A DNA stretch of 64,000 nt from Alphaproteobacteria bacterium. GTDB lineage: Bacteria; Pseudomonadota; Alphaproteobacteria; JAAXGF01. Below, one piece after another: positions 1 through 9,257 of the stretch. The notes under the pieces were generated by a model. It ran no database searches. It was not told the origin of the DNA and saw only the letters and a list, made by a program, of their open reading frames with translations. The stretch is taken from positions 256,001 through 320,000 of the forward strand of contig CAUVXB020000001.1 in NCBI GenBank assembly GCA_963555825.3, given 5' to 3'. Each line of letters starts with the position of its first letter. Positions within the stretch are counted from its first letter, which is position 1. The position numbers and the translations under genes were made by a program.

Positions 1-1264
1 GCCCGGCGGACAACCACGGGTACGCGGCCTCGACGTCGTGCAGGAACCGGGCGACATCGGCGTCGTCGATGTCGCCGCCGGGCAGCGGGCTGGACGCCGT
101 CCATGGCCCGCCGACGCCCGGCGTATAGGGTGCGAGCTTCGCCAGCGCCTGTTCGGCGAGCCGGCGGTAGGTCGTGATCTTGCCGCCGAACACCGAGAGC
201 AGCGGCGCGCCATCCTCGGGCGCCTCGATCTCGAGCCGGTAGTCGCGCGTCACCGCGGCCGGGTCGCCCGCGCCGTCGTCGAGCAACGGCCGCACCCCTG
301 CGTACGACCAGACGACGTCGTCCGCGCCGATCGGCCGCTCGAAGTATCGATTGACCGCCGCGCAAAGATAATCGATCTCGTCACTGTCGATATGTATGCC
401 GTTGGGGTCGCCGGCATAGGGCACGTCGGTCGTGCCGATCAGCGTGAAGTTTCCTTCGAAGGGCAGCGCAAAGGCCACCCGGCCGTCATCGTTCTGCAAG
501 ATATAGGCGTGATCGCCATCGTACAGCCGGGCGACCACGATATGGCTGCCCTTGACCAGGCGGGCCCGTAGCGCCGTCTCGGACGCGATCGACGAGTCGA
601 GAACCTTGTTGACCCACGGCCCCGCCGCGTTGACGAGGGTTCGCGCGCGCATGCTGCTTTCCTGACCCGTGATCGCGTCGCGCAGCACGACGATCCAGGC
701 ACCGCCGTCGCGCCGCGCTTGCGCGCAGCATGTGCGTGTCAGGATCATCGCGCCATGTTCGGCGGCGCCCAGCGCGTTGAGCACCACGAGGCGGCTGTCG
801 TCGACCCGGCAGTCGGTGTAGACGAAGCCCTTGCGCCGCTCATCCCGAAGCGGTTCGCCGGCCGGGTCGACCGTGAGATCGAGCCCGTGCGAGCCAGCAA
901 GGCGCCGCCGGCCGCCCAGACGGTCGTACAGGAACAGGCCTGCTCGAATCATCCACGCCGGGCGCAGCGACGCATCGTGCGGCAGGACGAACCGCAATGG
1001 GTGGACCAGATGCGGCGCGTTCTCGAGCAACACTTCGCGCTCGGCGAGTGCCTCGCGGACCAGCCGGAACTCGTAATGCTCGAGATAGCGCAGGCCGCCG
1101 TGGATCATCTTGCTGCTTGCCGATGAGGTGCCGCCGGCGAGGTCGCCCTGCTCGCACAGCACGACCGAAAGGCCGCGGCCGGCGGCGTCACGCGCGATGC
1201 CGGCGCCGTTGATGCCGCCGCCGATGACGAGCAGGTCGACGGTGTCGGGTGTCGCGTTATTCAT
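1..1264 (-). CDS. glpD: Aerobic FAD-dependent glycerol-3-phosphate dehydrogenase (3' end beyond window)
   Basis: Manual translation from ATG 1264: [66 protein letters not shown]; start overlaps the glpR stop. Confidence 0.93.
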   Translation of the reverse strand, partial: MNNATPDTVDLLVIGGGINGAGIARDAAGRGLSVVLCEQGDLAGGTSSASSKMIHGGLRYLEHYEFRLVREALAEREVLLENAPHLVHPLRFVLPHDASLRPAWMIRAGLFLYDRLGGRRRLAGSHGLDLTVDPAGEPLRDERRKGFVYTDCRVDDSRLVVLNALGAAEHGAMILTRTCCAQARRDGGAWIVVLRDAITGQESSMRARTLVNAAGPWVNKVLDSSIASETALRARLVKGSHIVVARLYDGDHAYILQNDDGRVAFALPFEGNFTLIGTTDVPYAGDPNGIHIDSDEIDYLCAAVNRYFERPIGADDVVWSYAGVRPLLDDGAGDPAAVTRDYRLEIEAPEDGAPLLSVFGGKITTYRRLAEQALAKLAPYTPGVGGPWTASSPLPGGDIDDADVARFLHDVEAAYPWLSAG

Positions 1265-2033
1265 CGATGCCGTCCGCCGTCGCCGCGACGTGGCAGGCGA
1301 CGCCTTGCGTCCTCATCAGCTCGTCGATCGCCCGCGGCACCGGCTGGTCGGTGAACAGTGCGTCGAGCTGGGCGAGGCTGCCGAGCTGGACCATGGCGTT
1401 ACGGCCGAACTTGCTGTGGTCGGTGGCCAGGAAGACGCGCCGCGAATGGGCGATGATCGCCTGCGCGACGCGCACCTCGCGGTAGTCGAAGTCGAGCAGC
1501 GTGCCGTCCGCGTCGATGCCCGAGATTCCGATGACGCCGATGTCGACGCGGAACTGGCTGACGAAGTCGATGGTCGCCTCGCCGATGATGCCGCCGTCCC
1601 GGCTGCGCACGGCGCCGCCCGCGACGATCACCTCGAAGTCGGGATTGGCGCCCAGGATCGACGCGACGTGGAGGTTGTTGGTGATGACCCGGAGGCCCTT
1701 GTGGCGGATAAGCGCCCGGGCGACCGCTTCGTTGGTCGTGCCGATGTTGATGAACAGCGAGGCGTTGTCGGGCACGTGACGGGCGAGCAGGCGGGCGATG
1801 CGCCGCTTGGCCTCGGGCCGCATGACCTTGCGTGTCGTGTAGTCGATGTTCTCGACGCTCGACGGCAGGCCGGCGCCGCCGTGAAAACGCGCCAGCAGGT
1901 TGCGCTCGCACAGCGCCTTGATGTCGCGCCGGATGGTCTGCGGCGAGACGTCGAAGCGCCGCGCCAGCGCGTCGATCGACGCGAAACCACGGCGCCGGAC
2001 GAGTTCGTGAATCTGTTCCTGGCGATCTTGCAT
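1257..2033 (-). CDS. glpR: DeoR/GlpR family transcriptional repressor
   Basis: 258 aa; DeoR HTH ([10 protein letters not shown]), [16 protein letters not shown]; directly upstream of glpD. Confidence 0.9.
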   Translation of the reverse strand: MQDRQEQIHELVRRRGFASIDALARRFDVSPQTIRRDIKALCERNLLARFHGGAGLPSSVENIDYTTRKVMRPEAKRRIARLLARHVPDNASLFINIGTTNEAVARALIRHKGLRVITNNLHVASILGANPDFEVIVAGGAVRSRDGGIIGEATIDFVSQFRVDIGVIGISGIDADGTLLDFDYREVRVAQAIIAHSRRVFLATDHSKFGRNAMVQLGSLAQLDALFTDQPVPRAIDELMRTQGVACHVAATADGIDE

Positions 2034-2228
2034 GCCGGCACGACTTGCAAATTACGACATAATCTATGGATTATATGGTCGAATATGATCATCATACCAG
2101 TCAATGCTGATCGTAAACGAATACATTTTCCATGTTCGTCGTGCATGGACATGGCATGGTGATTGCGCGATTATCGGACGAGCGTCTGCCCCGCGAAGAT
2201 GGCGCAGCATGACGTACGAGGCGGCGTG

Positions 2229-3284
2229 ATGATATTTCGGCAGTTTTTCGAACCGGTGTCGTCCAGCTATACGTACCTGCTCGCCGCGCGAAAGGGCGGC
2301 GAGGCGCTGCTCGTCGATCCGGTGCTCGAGCGCGTCGACCGCTACATCCGACTTCTCGACGAACTCGATCTCAAACTGGTCAAGGTGTTCGACACCCACG
2401 TTCACGCCGACCACATCACCGGCATGGGCGCGTTGCGCGACCGCACCAAATGCATCACGATCATGGGCGAGCAGAGCCCGGTCGACGTCGTCTCGGTGCG
2501 TGTCGGGGACGGCGATACGATCGAAATCGAAGGGCTCTCGCTCGAAGCCATGTACACACCGGGCCACACCATGGACTCCTACTGCCTGCGCATGGCCGAT
2601 CGGGTGTTCACCGGCGACACGCTTTTCATTCGCGGCACCGGGCGCACCGACTTCCAGGGCGGCAGCTCGCGCGACGCCTATGATTCGCTGTTCAACAAGC
2701 TCTTGACGCTGCCCGACGAGACGCTGGTCTACCCGGGGCACGACTACAAGGGCGACACGGTCAGCACTATCGGCGAGGAGCGGGCGCACAATCCGCGCCT
2801 TCAAGTCGGCTCGGCCGACGAATACGCCGCGATCATGGACAACTTGAACCTGCCGGACCCGAAGATGATGGACGTCGCAGTGCCGGCGAACGTCGCCATC
2901 GGCCGTGGCCAGGGCGTCGCGCGACACGCCGCCTGGGCCCTGACCGCCGATCAGGTCATGGACCAGTGCAACGGCGCCGATGTCGCTCTGGTCGATCTCC
3001 GTGACGCGTCCGAGCGTGTGGCTCACGGCGTCATCCCGGGCTCCGTCCACGCGCCCTATCCCGGGCTCGAACCGCTCATCAAGCCGGGCGGCATGCTGCG
3101 CGAGATGGTCGGAACGACGGGCCGCCGGCTGATCTATTACTGCGCCTTCGGCGAGCGCTCGGCGATGGCGGTCGAGAGTTCCCAGGAATGCGGTCTCGAC
3201 AACGTCTGCCACCTGATCGGCGGCATCGATGCCTGGCGCAAAGCGGGCGGGCCGATCGAGCAGCCCGGCGACGGCGCCGTCTGA
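2229..3284 (+). CDS. MBL-fold persulfide dioxygenase (ETHE1-like) fused to a rhodanese domain
   Basis: THVHADHITG, TPGHT, FTGDTL, YPGHDY motifs; C-terminal rhodanese loop YCAFGERS. Confidence 0.85.
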   Translation: MIFRQFFEPVSSSYTYLLAARKGGEALLVDPVLERVDRYIRLLDELDLKLVKVFDTHVHADHITGMGALRDRTKCITIMGEQSPVDVVSVRVGDGDTIEIEGLSLEAMYTPGHTMDSYCLRMADRVFTGDTLFIRGTGRTDFQGGSSRDAYDSLFNKLLTLPDETLVYPGHDYKGDTVSTIGEERAHNPRLQVGSADEYAAIMDNLNLPDPKMMDVAVPANVAIGRGQGVARHAAWALTADQVMDQCNGADVALVDLRDASERVAHGVIPGSVHAPYPGLEPLIKPGGMLREMVGTTGRRLIYYCAFGERSAMAVESSQECGLDNVCHLIGGIDAWRKAGGPIEQPGDGAV

Positions 3285-3309
3285 TCCTCGGTATGGTCGG
3301 CCTTCGCGG

Positions 3310-4689
3310 TTAGCTCACCACGATGAAGACCTGCGAATTGCCGCGCTGGATCTTGAGAACCAACCGTTTGCCGCCCGAGCCGAGGGCCTTCTTGAAGGAT
3401 TCGATGTCGCGGACGGCGTTGTGGTTGACTTCGACGATAACGTCGTTCTTACGCAGCCCAGTACGCCACGCAGGGCTGTTGGGCGCGACCTTGACGACCG
3501 CGACACCTTCGATCTTGCCGTAGAGTTTCGAAGTTTCCTGGATGGGTCCAAGCGTGGCGCCGGCGAGACGTTTGGCCACGCCTTCGCCCGAGACCCGCAA
3601 CTCCGGCGGCACCGCCGGTTCGAGTGATATTTTGCGCAGCAAGCCGTCGCGAAGTACGGTCAACTCGATCGTCTCGCCGGCCCGCATCAGGCCGACCACA
3701 TTACGCAGATGCGAGACATCGCGCACCGGATCGCCGTTGACGCTGACGACGATGTCGCCGGCCTCGAGGCCCGCCTTGCCGGCCGGCCCGTCGGGCGCGA
3801 CGCGGGTGATGATGGCGCCGGCGGTTTGCGCGACACCGAGCGCCTCGGCGAGGGCGGGGGTCATGTCCTGCCCCTGCACGCCGAGCCCACCGCGGCGCAC
3901 CTCGCCGTAGGTGACCAACTGGTCCATTATCTGCAGCGCCATGTTGGTTGGGATCGCGAAGCCGATGCCGACGTTGCCGCCGCTCGGCCCGATAATCGCC
4001 GTGTTGATGCCGATCAACTGGCCGTCGAGGGTGACCAGGGCGCCGCCCGAGTTGCCCGGATTGATCGATGCGTCGGTCTGGATGAAGTCCTCGATGCCCT
4101 CGATACCAAGCCCGCTGCGCCTCAGCGCGCTGACGATTCCCGAGGTGACTGTCTGGCCGATGCCGAAGGGATTGCCGATCGCCACCACGAAATCACCGAC
4201 CTCGAGGGCGTCCGAATCGCCCAAAGTCAGTGCGGTCAAGTTTTCGGCGGGAATTCTGAGCACCGCGATGTCGGTCGCCGGATCGGTGCCGACCAGTTCG
4301 GCAGTCAACTGGCGCCGGTCGCGCAGGGTGACGACGATCTGGTCCGCGTTGGCGATGACATGGTTGTTGGTCAGGACGTAGCCTTCCAGGGCATCGACGA
4401 TGACGCCCGAGCCGACGCTCTGTACCTTCTTTTCGCGCTGCAAGGGCGGCAGGTTGAAGAAACGGCGGAAGAAGGGGTCGGCCATCAGCGGGTTCTGCTT
4501 GACGCGCACCCGGCCGCGTGTCGCGATATTGACGACCGCCGGCGTGACCTGCTTGATCATCGGCGCGAGCGAGGGTAGCGGCTGTCCGTCGACGGCGATT
4601 GGCAGGCCGCCTTCCGCGCCGAACGGGGTGACGAAGCCGGCCACGGCGATAATACCCAGGACGATGACCGTCCTCAACGCCTGCAACAT
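3310..4689 (-). CDS. Do/DegQ family periplasmic serine endoprotease with two PDZ domains
   Basis: Signal-peptide-like N-terminus, TNNHV, TDIAV, QTDASINPGNSGG; ATG 4689 preferred over the longer ORF start. Confidence 0.92.
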   Translation of the reverse strand: MLQALRTVIVLGIIAVAGFVTPFGAEGGLPIAVDGQPLPSLAPMIKQVTPAVVNIATRGRVRVKQNPLMADPFFRRFFNLPPLQREKKVQSVGSGVIVDALEGYVLTNNHVIANADQIVVTLRDRRQLTAELVGTDPATDIAVLRIPAENLTALTLGDSDALEVGDFVVAIGNPFGIGQTVTSGIVSALRRSGLGIEGIEDFIQTDASINPGNSGGALVTLDGQLIGINTAIIGPSGGNVGIGFAIPTNMALQIMDQLVTYGEVRRGGLGVQGQDMTPALAEALGVAQTAGAIITRVAPDGPAGKAGLEAGDIVVSVNGDPVRDVSHLRNVVGLMRAGETIELTVLRDGLLRKISLEPAVPPELRVSGEGVAKRLAGATLGPIQETSKLYGKIEGVAVVKVAPNSPAWRTGLRKNDVIVEVNHNAVRDIESFKKALGSGGKRLVLKIQRGNSQVFIVVS

Positions 4690-4858
4690 ACCGGATGCTC
4701 CTTTACGCGCTTGGCCCCGATAGTGACGGGTTCGTGTCAGGGCCGATGATTGGGTCTGCTGTCTCCGCCCTTGCCGTGCCGGCATCTATAGATGAGTCGG
4801 ACCCGATTTCCTTGGACACAGAATTGGCTTAATCGAAGTGTCCAAGGAGGACCGGAAC

Positions 4859-5269
4859 ATGACCGACAATTTTGAGAACAAAGTTGCTGTTGATGGGCCT
4901 GTGGTAAACGAGGGCGAGCTTGGCTCGTCCACGTTTTCCCCGGGCCAGGTTTCGCCGGCAGGCCCGCTGGGACTTGGCCAGCGGTGGACGGTGACGCGCA
5001 AGCGTGAGGTTGCCCTGCGGCTTTTGCGTGGCGAGCCGGTGGAACTTTTGTCGCGGCAGTTGGGCGTGGAGATTTTCCGGCTCGAGCAGTGGCGTGAGAA
5101 GGCGATCGCCGGGATCGATGCCTCGCTCAAGGAACGCAAGGGCGATCCGGTGAAGGCGGAACTGGACATCGCCATGAAGCGGATCGGGGAGTTGATCATG
5201 CAGGTGGAACTGCTGGAGGCCAAGACGGAGACGTCCGGCCCTTTGGGGCGGCGGAGGTCGCGGCGATGA
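4859..5269 (+). CDS. IS OrfA (HTH + coiled coil)
   Basis: WTVTRKREVALRLLRGEPVELLSRQLGV HTH; ATGA overlap with OrfB. Confidence 0.85.
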   Translation: MTDNFENKVAVDGPVVNEGELGSSTFSPGQVSPAGPLGLGQRWTVTRKREVALRLLRGEPVELLSRQLGVEIFRLEQWREKAIAGIDASLKERKGDPVKAELDIAMKRIGELIMQVELLEAKTETSGPLGRRRSRR

Positions 5270-6177
5270 GTGCCGCCACCTCTCCCGGCACGGGTTTGGC
5301 CTACGGCCTCCAGCGGGTCTGTGCGGCCTGGGGTTTTGCCCGTTCCTCGTTCTACGCCATGAAATCCCGGCAGCAGGCCACCGCTGAGCGCCCACCAGCA
5401 AAGCGCCGGGGACCGAAGCCCTCGATCTCGGACGAGGCTCTGCTGGTGGCCATCGAGGCCGACCTGGAGGCATCCCCCTGGGAGGGCGAGGGACACCGCA
5501 AGGTCTGGGCTCGGCTTCGGGTCTGTCGTGGCATCCGTGTTTCCCGCAAGCGGGGGCTCCGGGTGATGCGCGAGAACAACCTGCTCTCGCCCCATCGCTG
5601 CCGCCGCCGTGGCGGAAATCCCCATGTCGGTGAGATCATCACCCATGCCCCCAACCTCATGTGGGGCACGGACGGCGTTCGGGTGTTCACGGTGGACGAC
5701 GGCTGGGGCTGGATATTCACCGCCATCGAGCATTGGAACGCCGAGTGCGTCGGCTGGCATGTGTGCAAGCGAGGCGACCGCTTCGCCGCCCTTCAGCCGA
5801 TCTCCATGGGGCTTGCGAGGCTGTATGCCTCGACCTCCGCCGGTGCGGCGCGGGGGCTGGCCTTGCGGATGGATCACGGCTCCCAGTATCTGTCGGACCA
5901 CTTCACCAACCAGATCAAGTTCTGGGGCATCCAGCCGTCCTACGCCTTCGTCGAACAGCCCCAGACCAACGGCGTCGCCGAGAGGTTCAATCGCACGCTC
6001 AAGGAACAGATCATCCATGGCCGCATCTACCGCAACATCGCGGAGCTGCGGAACGCCGTCCGCGGGTTCGTCGAACAGTACAATGCCCAGTGGATCGTGG
6101 AGAAGAACGGCTACCTGAGCCCCGCTCAAGCTCGTCAGGCGTGGCACACCGCGATGTCACTCAGGCCCGCCGCATGA
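5266..6177 (+). CDS. IS OrfB, integrase-core DDE transposase
   Basis: WGTDG...MDHGSQY...NGVAERFNRTLKE DDE motif. Confidence 0.92.
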   Translation: MSAATSPGTGLAYGLQRVCAAWGFARSSFYAMKSRQQATAERPPAKRRGPKPSISDEALLVAIEADLEASPWEGEGHRKVWARLRVCRGIRVSRKRGLRVMRENNLLSPHRCRRRGGNPHVGEIITHAPNLMWGTDGVRVFTVDDGWGWIFTAIEHWNAECVGWHVCKRGDRFAALQPISMGLARLYASTSAGAARGLALRMDHGSQYLSDHFTNQIKFWGIQPSYAFVEQPQTNGVAERFNRTLKEQIIHGRIYRNIAELRNAVRGFVEQYNAQWIVEKNGYLSPAQARQAWHTAMSLRPAA

Positions 6178-6219
6178 GACAAACTTGTGTCCAAGGAACC
6201 GGGTGCGATACACCGGCAT

Positions 6220-6672
6220 CTATAGATAGACCCGGTGCAACGCATCGGCCAGCCTGGGCGTGGTGTCGAGCTGGTCGATTTCCGCTGGCCATGCCCAACG
6301 GCGCGCGACACGCGTGTGGTCGAGCGTCAAACGCCCGGCGTCGTGGAGGTCGAACAATATCGGGCTGAGGCGGCGATAATTCTCTCGACCAGGCCGGCCG
6401 ACGTATAGGAAATCGCCCTGGATTGGCGGCCCGACGTCGTCCCGCGTCAATCCGAATGCCTCATTGATCATGGCATAGGCCTGTGCCGTGGACGCGCCAT
6501 CGCGCTCGCGGCGAAGTCCGTCCCACGGCGCGGTGTCCGCGTCCGCCGGCCGGAGCAAAAGGACTCGCCGATCATGCCTTATGAAGACCATCACGCTGTC
6601 GTTCTCCGCCAAGTTCCGCCTCCGGTTGACGCGCCCGTCCGCGGAGGGGCGGCGCGACGTCAACCCAATCAC
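6220..6672 (-). CDS. Degenerate NUDIX-fold protein
   Basis: VMVFIRHDRRVLLLR ... EAFGL ... WAWPAEIDQLDTTPRL resembles a NUDIX fold, but the Nudix box is degenerate; the stop lies inside the IS TSD. Confidence 0.5.
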   Translation of the reverse strand: MIGLTSRRPSADGRVNRRRNLAENDSVMVFIRHDRRVLLLRPADADTAPWDGLRRERDGASTAQAYAMINEAFGLTRDDVGPPIQGDFLYVGRPGRENYRRLSPILFDLHDAGRLTLDHTRVARRWAWPAEIDQLDTTPRLADALHRVYL

Positions 6673-6681
6673 TTCGGCGCG

Positions 6682-7131
6682 CTAGGTGCGCGGCCGTCGC
6701 TCCACGCCGCTCCGGCGCTGTTCGTCGCCGCGCCGCTCGCCCGCCGTTGGTTCATCGATTTGTCGGCGATCGATGCCTTCGCGACGATCGAGCACCAGCC
6801 CGCGACGCCGGCCGTTGCACTTGGGGAACCGATGATACTTGCGGGCATGGCGCTGCAGGAGCTCGCGGTAGCGCAGCGCGACATTCGTCGTCGCTTCACG
6901 CGTGTAGTGATCGAAGCGCTGCGTACACCGCCCTACACGCCCTTCCTTGTGATCCAAGACGACACTCCTGAGTGTATGCCCGCTGCCATCGGCGCGGCCG
7001 ATGAAGATCATCTGACCTTCCTCGTAGAGCGTGAAGACTCCCGATTGTTCGGGCAGGCTCTCGAGGTTCGCATGCGTGGCGCTGAACAGTTTTTCGCCAA
7101 GTGCCATGAATCGCGCTCCCACATTTCCCAC
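6682..7131 (-). CDS. Hypothetical protein, GIY-YIG-like N-terminus with DRR/ERR-repeat tail
   Basis: LPEQSGVFTLYEEGQMIFIGRA resembles P-x-x-GVY...YIG; tail DRREGIDRR..ERR..QRRSGVERR. Confidence 0.5.
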   Translation of the reverse strand: MGNVGARFMALGEKLFSATHANLESLPEQSGVFTLYEEGQMIFIGRADGSGHTLRSVVLDHKEGRVGRCTQRFDHYTREATTNVALRYRELLQRHARKYHRFPKCNGRRRGLVLDRREGIDRRQIDEPTAGERRGDEQRRSGVERRPRT

Positions 7132-7249
7132 ATTGTTACCCGCCGAACACCTAGCATAGGTGCGCGGTCAATTTAAAGCCCGACTTCGGCTCCGGCACAT
7201 GGCGCTCGTGGCGTCGCAGGGCAAGGCCGGGAAACGCCGCCGATTCGGT

Positions 7250-7277
7250 TTGACAAGCTAGGCCGCGCCCGTATATT
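7250..7277 (+). promoter_or_regulatory. Putative sigma70 promoter of rpsD
   Basis: TTGACA (7250-7255), 16-bp spacer, TATATT (7272-7277), about 50 bp upstream of the ATG. Confidence 0.55.
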
Positions 7278-7327
7278 ACGCGCTTCCGCGCGAGCACCGT
7301 ATTACCACTGTTTGGGACCGGTCCCGA

Positions 7328-7948
7328 ATGACCAAGCGTCTGTCGTCGAAGTACAAGATCTGCCGCCGCCTCAAGGTCAATCTTTGGGGGCGGCCGAAGA
7401 GCCCGACCAACCGCCGCGACTACGGTCCTGGCGAGCACGGCCAGCGGCGTGGCCGCAAGCCGTCGGATTTCGGTATCCAGCTGGCCGCCAAGCAGAAGCT
7501 GCGCGGCTACTACGGTAATATCACGGAACGTCAGTTCCGCCGCGTTTACGGTGAAGCGGTGCAGCGCCGCGGCGACACTGGCGAGAACCTGGTCGGTCTC
7601 CTGGAGCGCCGGCTCGACGCCGTGATCTACCGCATGAAGTTCGTCGCCACGGTGTTCGCGGCGCGCCAGTTCGTCAATCACGGCCATATTCTGGTCAATG
7701 GCAAGCGCGTCAATATTCCGAGCTACCGGGTCAGCGAGGGCGATGTCATCGAGATTCGCCCGCGGTCGCGCGAGCTTTCGTTCGTGCTCGAGGCAATCGA
7801 ACTGCCCGAGCGCGACGTGCCGGATTATATCGAGGTCGATTACGGCAAGATGCGCGGCACCTTCCTGCGCACGCCAGAGATCGCCGACGTGCCGTACCCG
7901 GTGCAGATGGAACCCAACCTGGTCATCGAGTACTACTCGTCACACTAA
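7328..7948 (+). CDS. rpsD: 30S ribosomal protein S4
   Basis: [15 protein letters not shown]...[12 protein letters not shown]...[22 protein letters not shown]...IEYYS. Confidence 0.98.
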   Translation: MTKRLSSKYKICRRLKVNLWGRPKSPTNRRDYGPGEHGQRRGRKPSDFGIQLAAKQKLRGYYGNITERQFRRVYGEAVQRRGDTGENLVGLLERRLDAVIYRMKFVATVFAARQFVNHGHILVNGKRVNIPSYRVSEGDVIEIRPRSRELSFVLEAIELPERDVPDYIEVDYGKMRGTFLRTPEIADVPYPVQMEPNLVIEYYSSH

Positions 7949-8042
7949 ATTCGGCTCGTCACACTAAATTCGGCTCGTCACACTAAATTCGGCTCGTCAC
8001 ACTGAATTCGGCTCGTCACACTGAATTCGGCTCGTCACACTA
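7936..8042 (+). repeat. 19-bp tandem repeat (CTCGTCACACTRAATTCGG) x about 5.6 spanning the rpsD stop
   Basis: Units start at 7936, 7955, 7974 (TAAA variant), 7993, 8012 (TGAA variant), plus a partial unit at 8031. Confidence 0.97.
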
Positions 8043-8125
8043 GGATCGGCCGCTTCCGCCCGCCGGCGCATCAGGTTCAAGCATAAAGAAACTCCCGAAC
8101 CCGCTGGCAGCGGGCACTGTCGTCG

Positions 8126-8983
8126 TCAATCACCGCAGGATTTCAGTTCCCGGTTCGACGGCCTGAACGGTATGCGCTCGGCGGTCGAGATGATGTCGTC
8201 CGACGAAAGGCTGTCGACCGGAAAGTTGACCGCCTCGATGCATACCCGCGGGTGCAGAACGCCGTCCTCGACAATTACCGAAATGCCGTCGACCTGCGCC
8301 GATATCCGTTCGGCGAGCGGCGCGCATTCAGCCCATTGGGTGTCGTGGAGAATCAGGCAGAAGTCGTCGTCGGACAGGCGTGCCATGAGATCCGCGTCGC
8401 GCATAGTACGGCCCAAAATATTGGTAATTTCGCCAATCATTCGCTGCCGAGACTCGTAGCCTTGTGAGGCAGGAGTCCGCCCATTCTCTTCGACGTGTAT
8501 GAACAAAAGAGCGCCGGGCCGGTCGGCGCGTCGCGACCCGGCAAGCACTATGCGGAAGAAGTATCTGAAGCACGCTTCGTTGATCGATCCTGTCGCTTCG
8601 TCGAACCTGGGCCCTTCGAGCAGCTCGTCCTCGCGATTGAGCAGCCGTTTTGCGCTGCGCAGCCGGAGCTGGAGCTCGTATGCGTTGAACGGACGGGTGA
8701 GGTATTCGTCGGCGCCCGCCTCCAGCCCGGTCATCAGATGTTCCCTGTCGAATTTCGATGATGCCGCCTCGCCGTCGTTGTTCTCGTAGATGATCAGGTA
8801 GGTATAACGGTTGCGCTTGAGGTCGCGAATTCTGCGGCACAGTTCGGGACCCGATATGCCCGCGATGTTCCAGTCGGATATGACGACGCGAAATGGCTCG
8901 TCGCACACGCGCGCGAACGCCTCGGTGCCGGTCGACGCCGAAACCGTTCGGTGACCCCAGTTCGTAAGCTTTTTGGTCACCAC
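8126..8983 (-). CDS. Response regulator receiver + degenerate GGDEF domain protein
   Basis: VVISDWNIAGISGPELCRRIR, GLEAGADEYLTRPF; GGDEF position reads ARLSDDDF; start uncertain. Confidence 0.75.
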   Translation of the reverse strand: MVTKKLTNWGHRTVSASTGTEAFARVCDEPFRVVISDWNIAGISGPELCRRIRDLKRNRYTYLIIYENNDGEAASSKFDREHLMTGLEAGADEYLTRPFNAYELQLRLRSAKRLLNREDELLEGPRFDEATGSINEACFRYFFRIVLAGSRRADRPGALLFIHVEENGRTPASQGYESRQRMIGEITNILGRTMRDADLMARLSDDDFCLILHDTQWAECAPLAERISAQVDGISVIVEDGVLHPRVCIEAVNFPVDSLSSDDIISTAERIPFRPSNRELKSCGD

Positions 8984-9038
8984 CGCGATCGTGCTGGCCG
9001 ACCGCTTCGACCGGCGCTAGCGCCGTGCCCGGGAAGGC

Positions 9039-9191
9039 CTAAATCAGCCCCATCGCGGCGAGCGAGACGTGGCCCTTGCGGGCGACGATGAGGTGATCGT
9101 GCAGGCGCACGCCGAGCGCCTTGCCGGCGTCGCGGATTTCCTTGGTCATGTCGATGTCGGCTTGCGACGGCGCCGGATCGCCGCTCGGGTG
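9039..9191 (-). pseudogene. radC: radC 3' fragment, separated from its 5' part by an island
   Basis: [36 protein letters not shown] = JAB/MPN C-terminal half. Confidence 0.92.
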
Positions 9192-9257
9192 TACGCAAAC
9201 CACCGTGTCGCGGCCCTTCACAAAATTCTAGCCTTGTCGGAGCTATAACCGAATCTT

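Larger units (their letters stand above)
4793..6212 (+). mobile_element. IS3/IS481-like element, copy 1 (1420 bp)
   Basis: Imperfect IRs TGAGTCGGACCCGATTTCCTTGGACACA / TGTGTCCAAGGAACCGGGTGCGATACA; 14-bp TSD CCGGCATCTATAGA at 4779-4792 and 6213-6226. Confidence 0.93.

Noticed and set aside
2040-2150. GlpR operator sites (TATGGTCGAA, AAACGAATA, CATGTTCGT)
   Set aside because: Only partial matches to the E. coli consensus; boundaries cannot be supported
4786-6147. 453-aa minus-strand ORF (also at 14009 and 46982)
   Set aside because: Antisense shadow of the IS OrfA/OrfB; it recurs only because the IS is repeated
7936-8042. Possible CRISPR array
   Set aside because: Units are directly adjacent with no unique spacers, only 19 bp long, and there are no cas genes in the window
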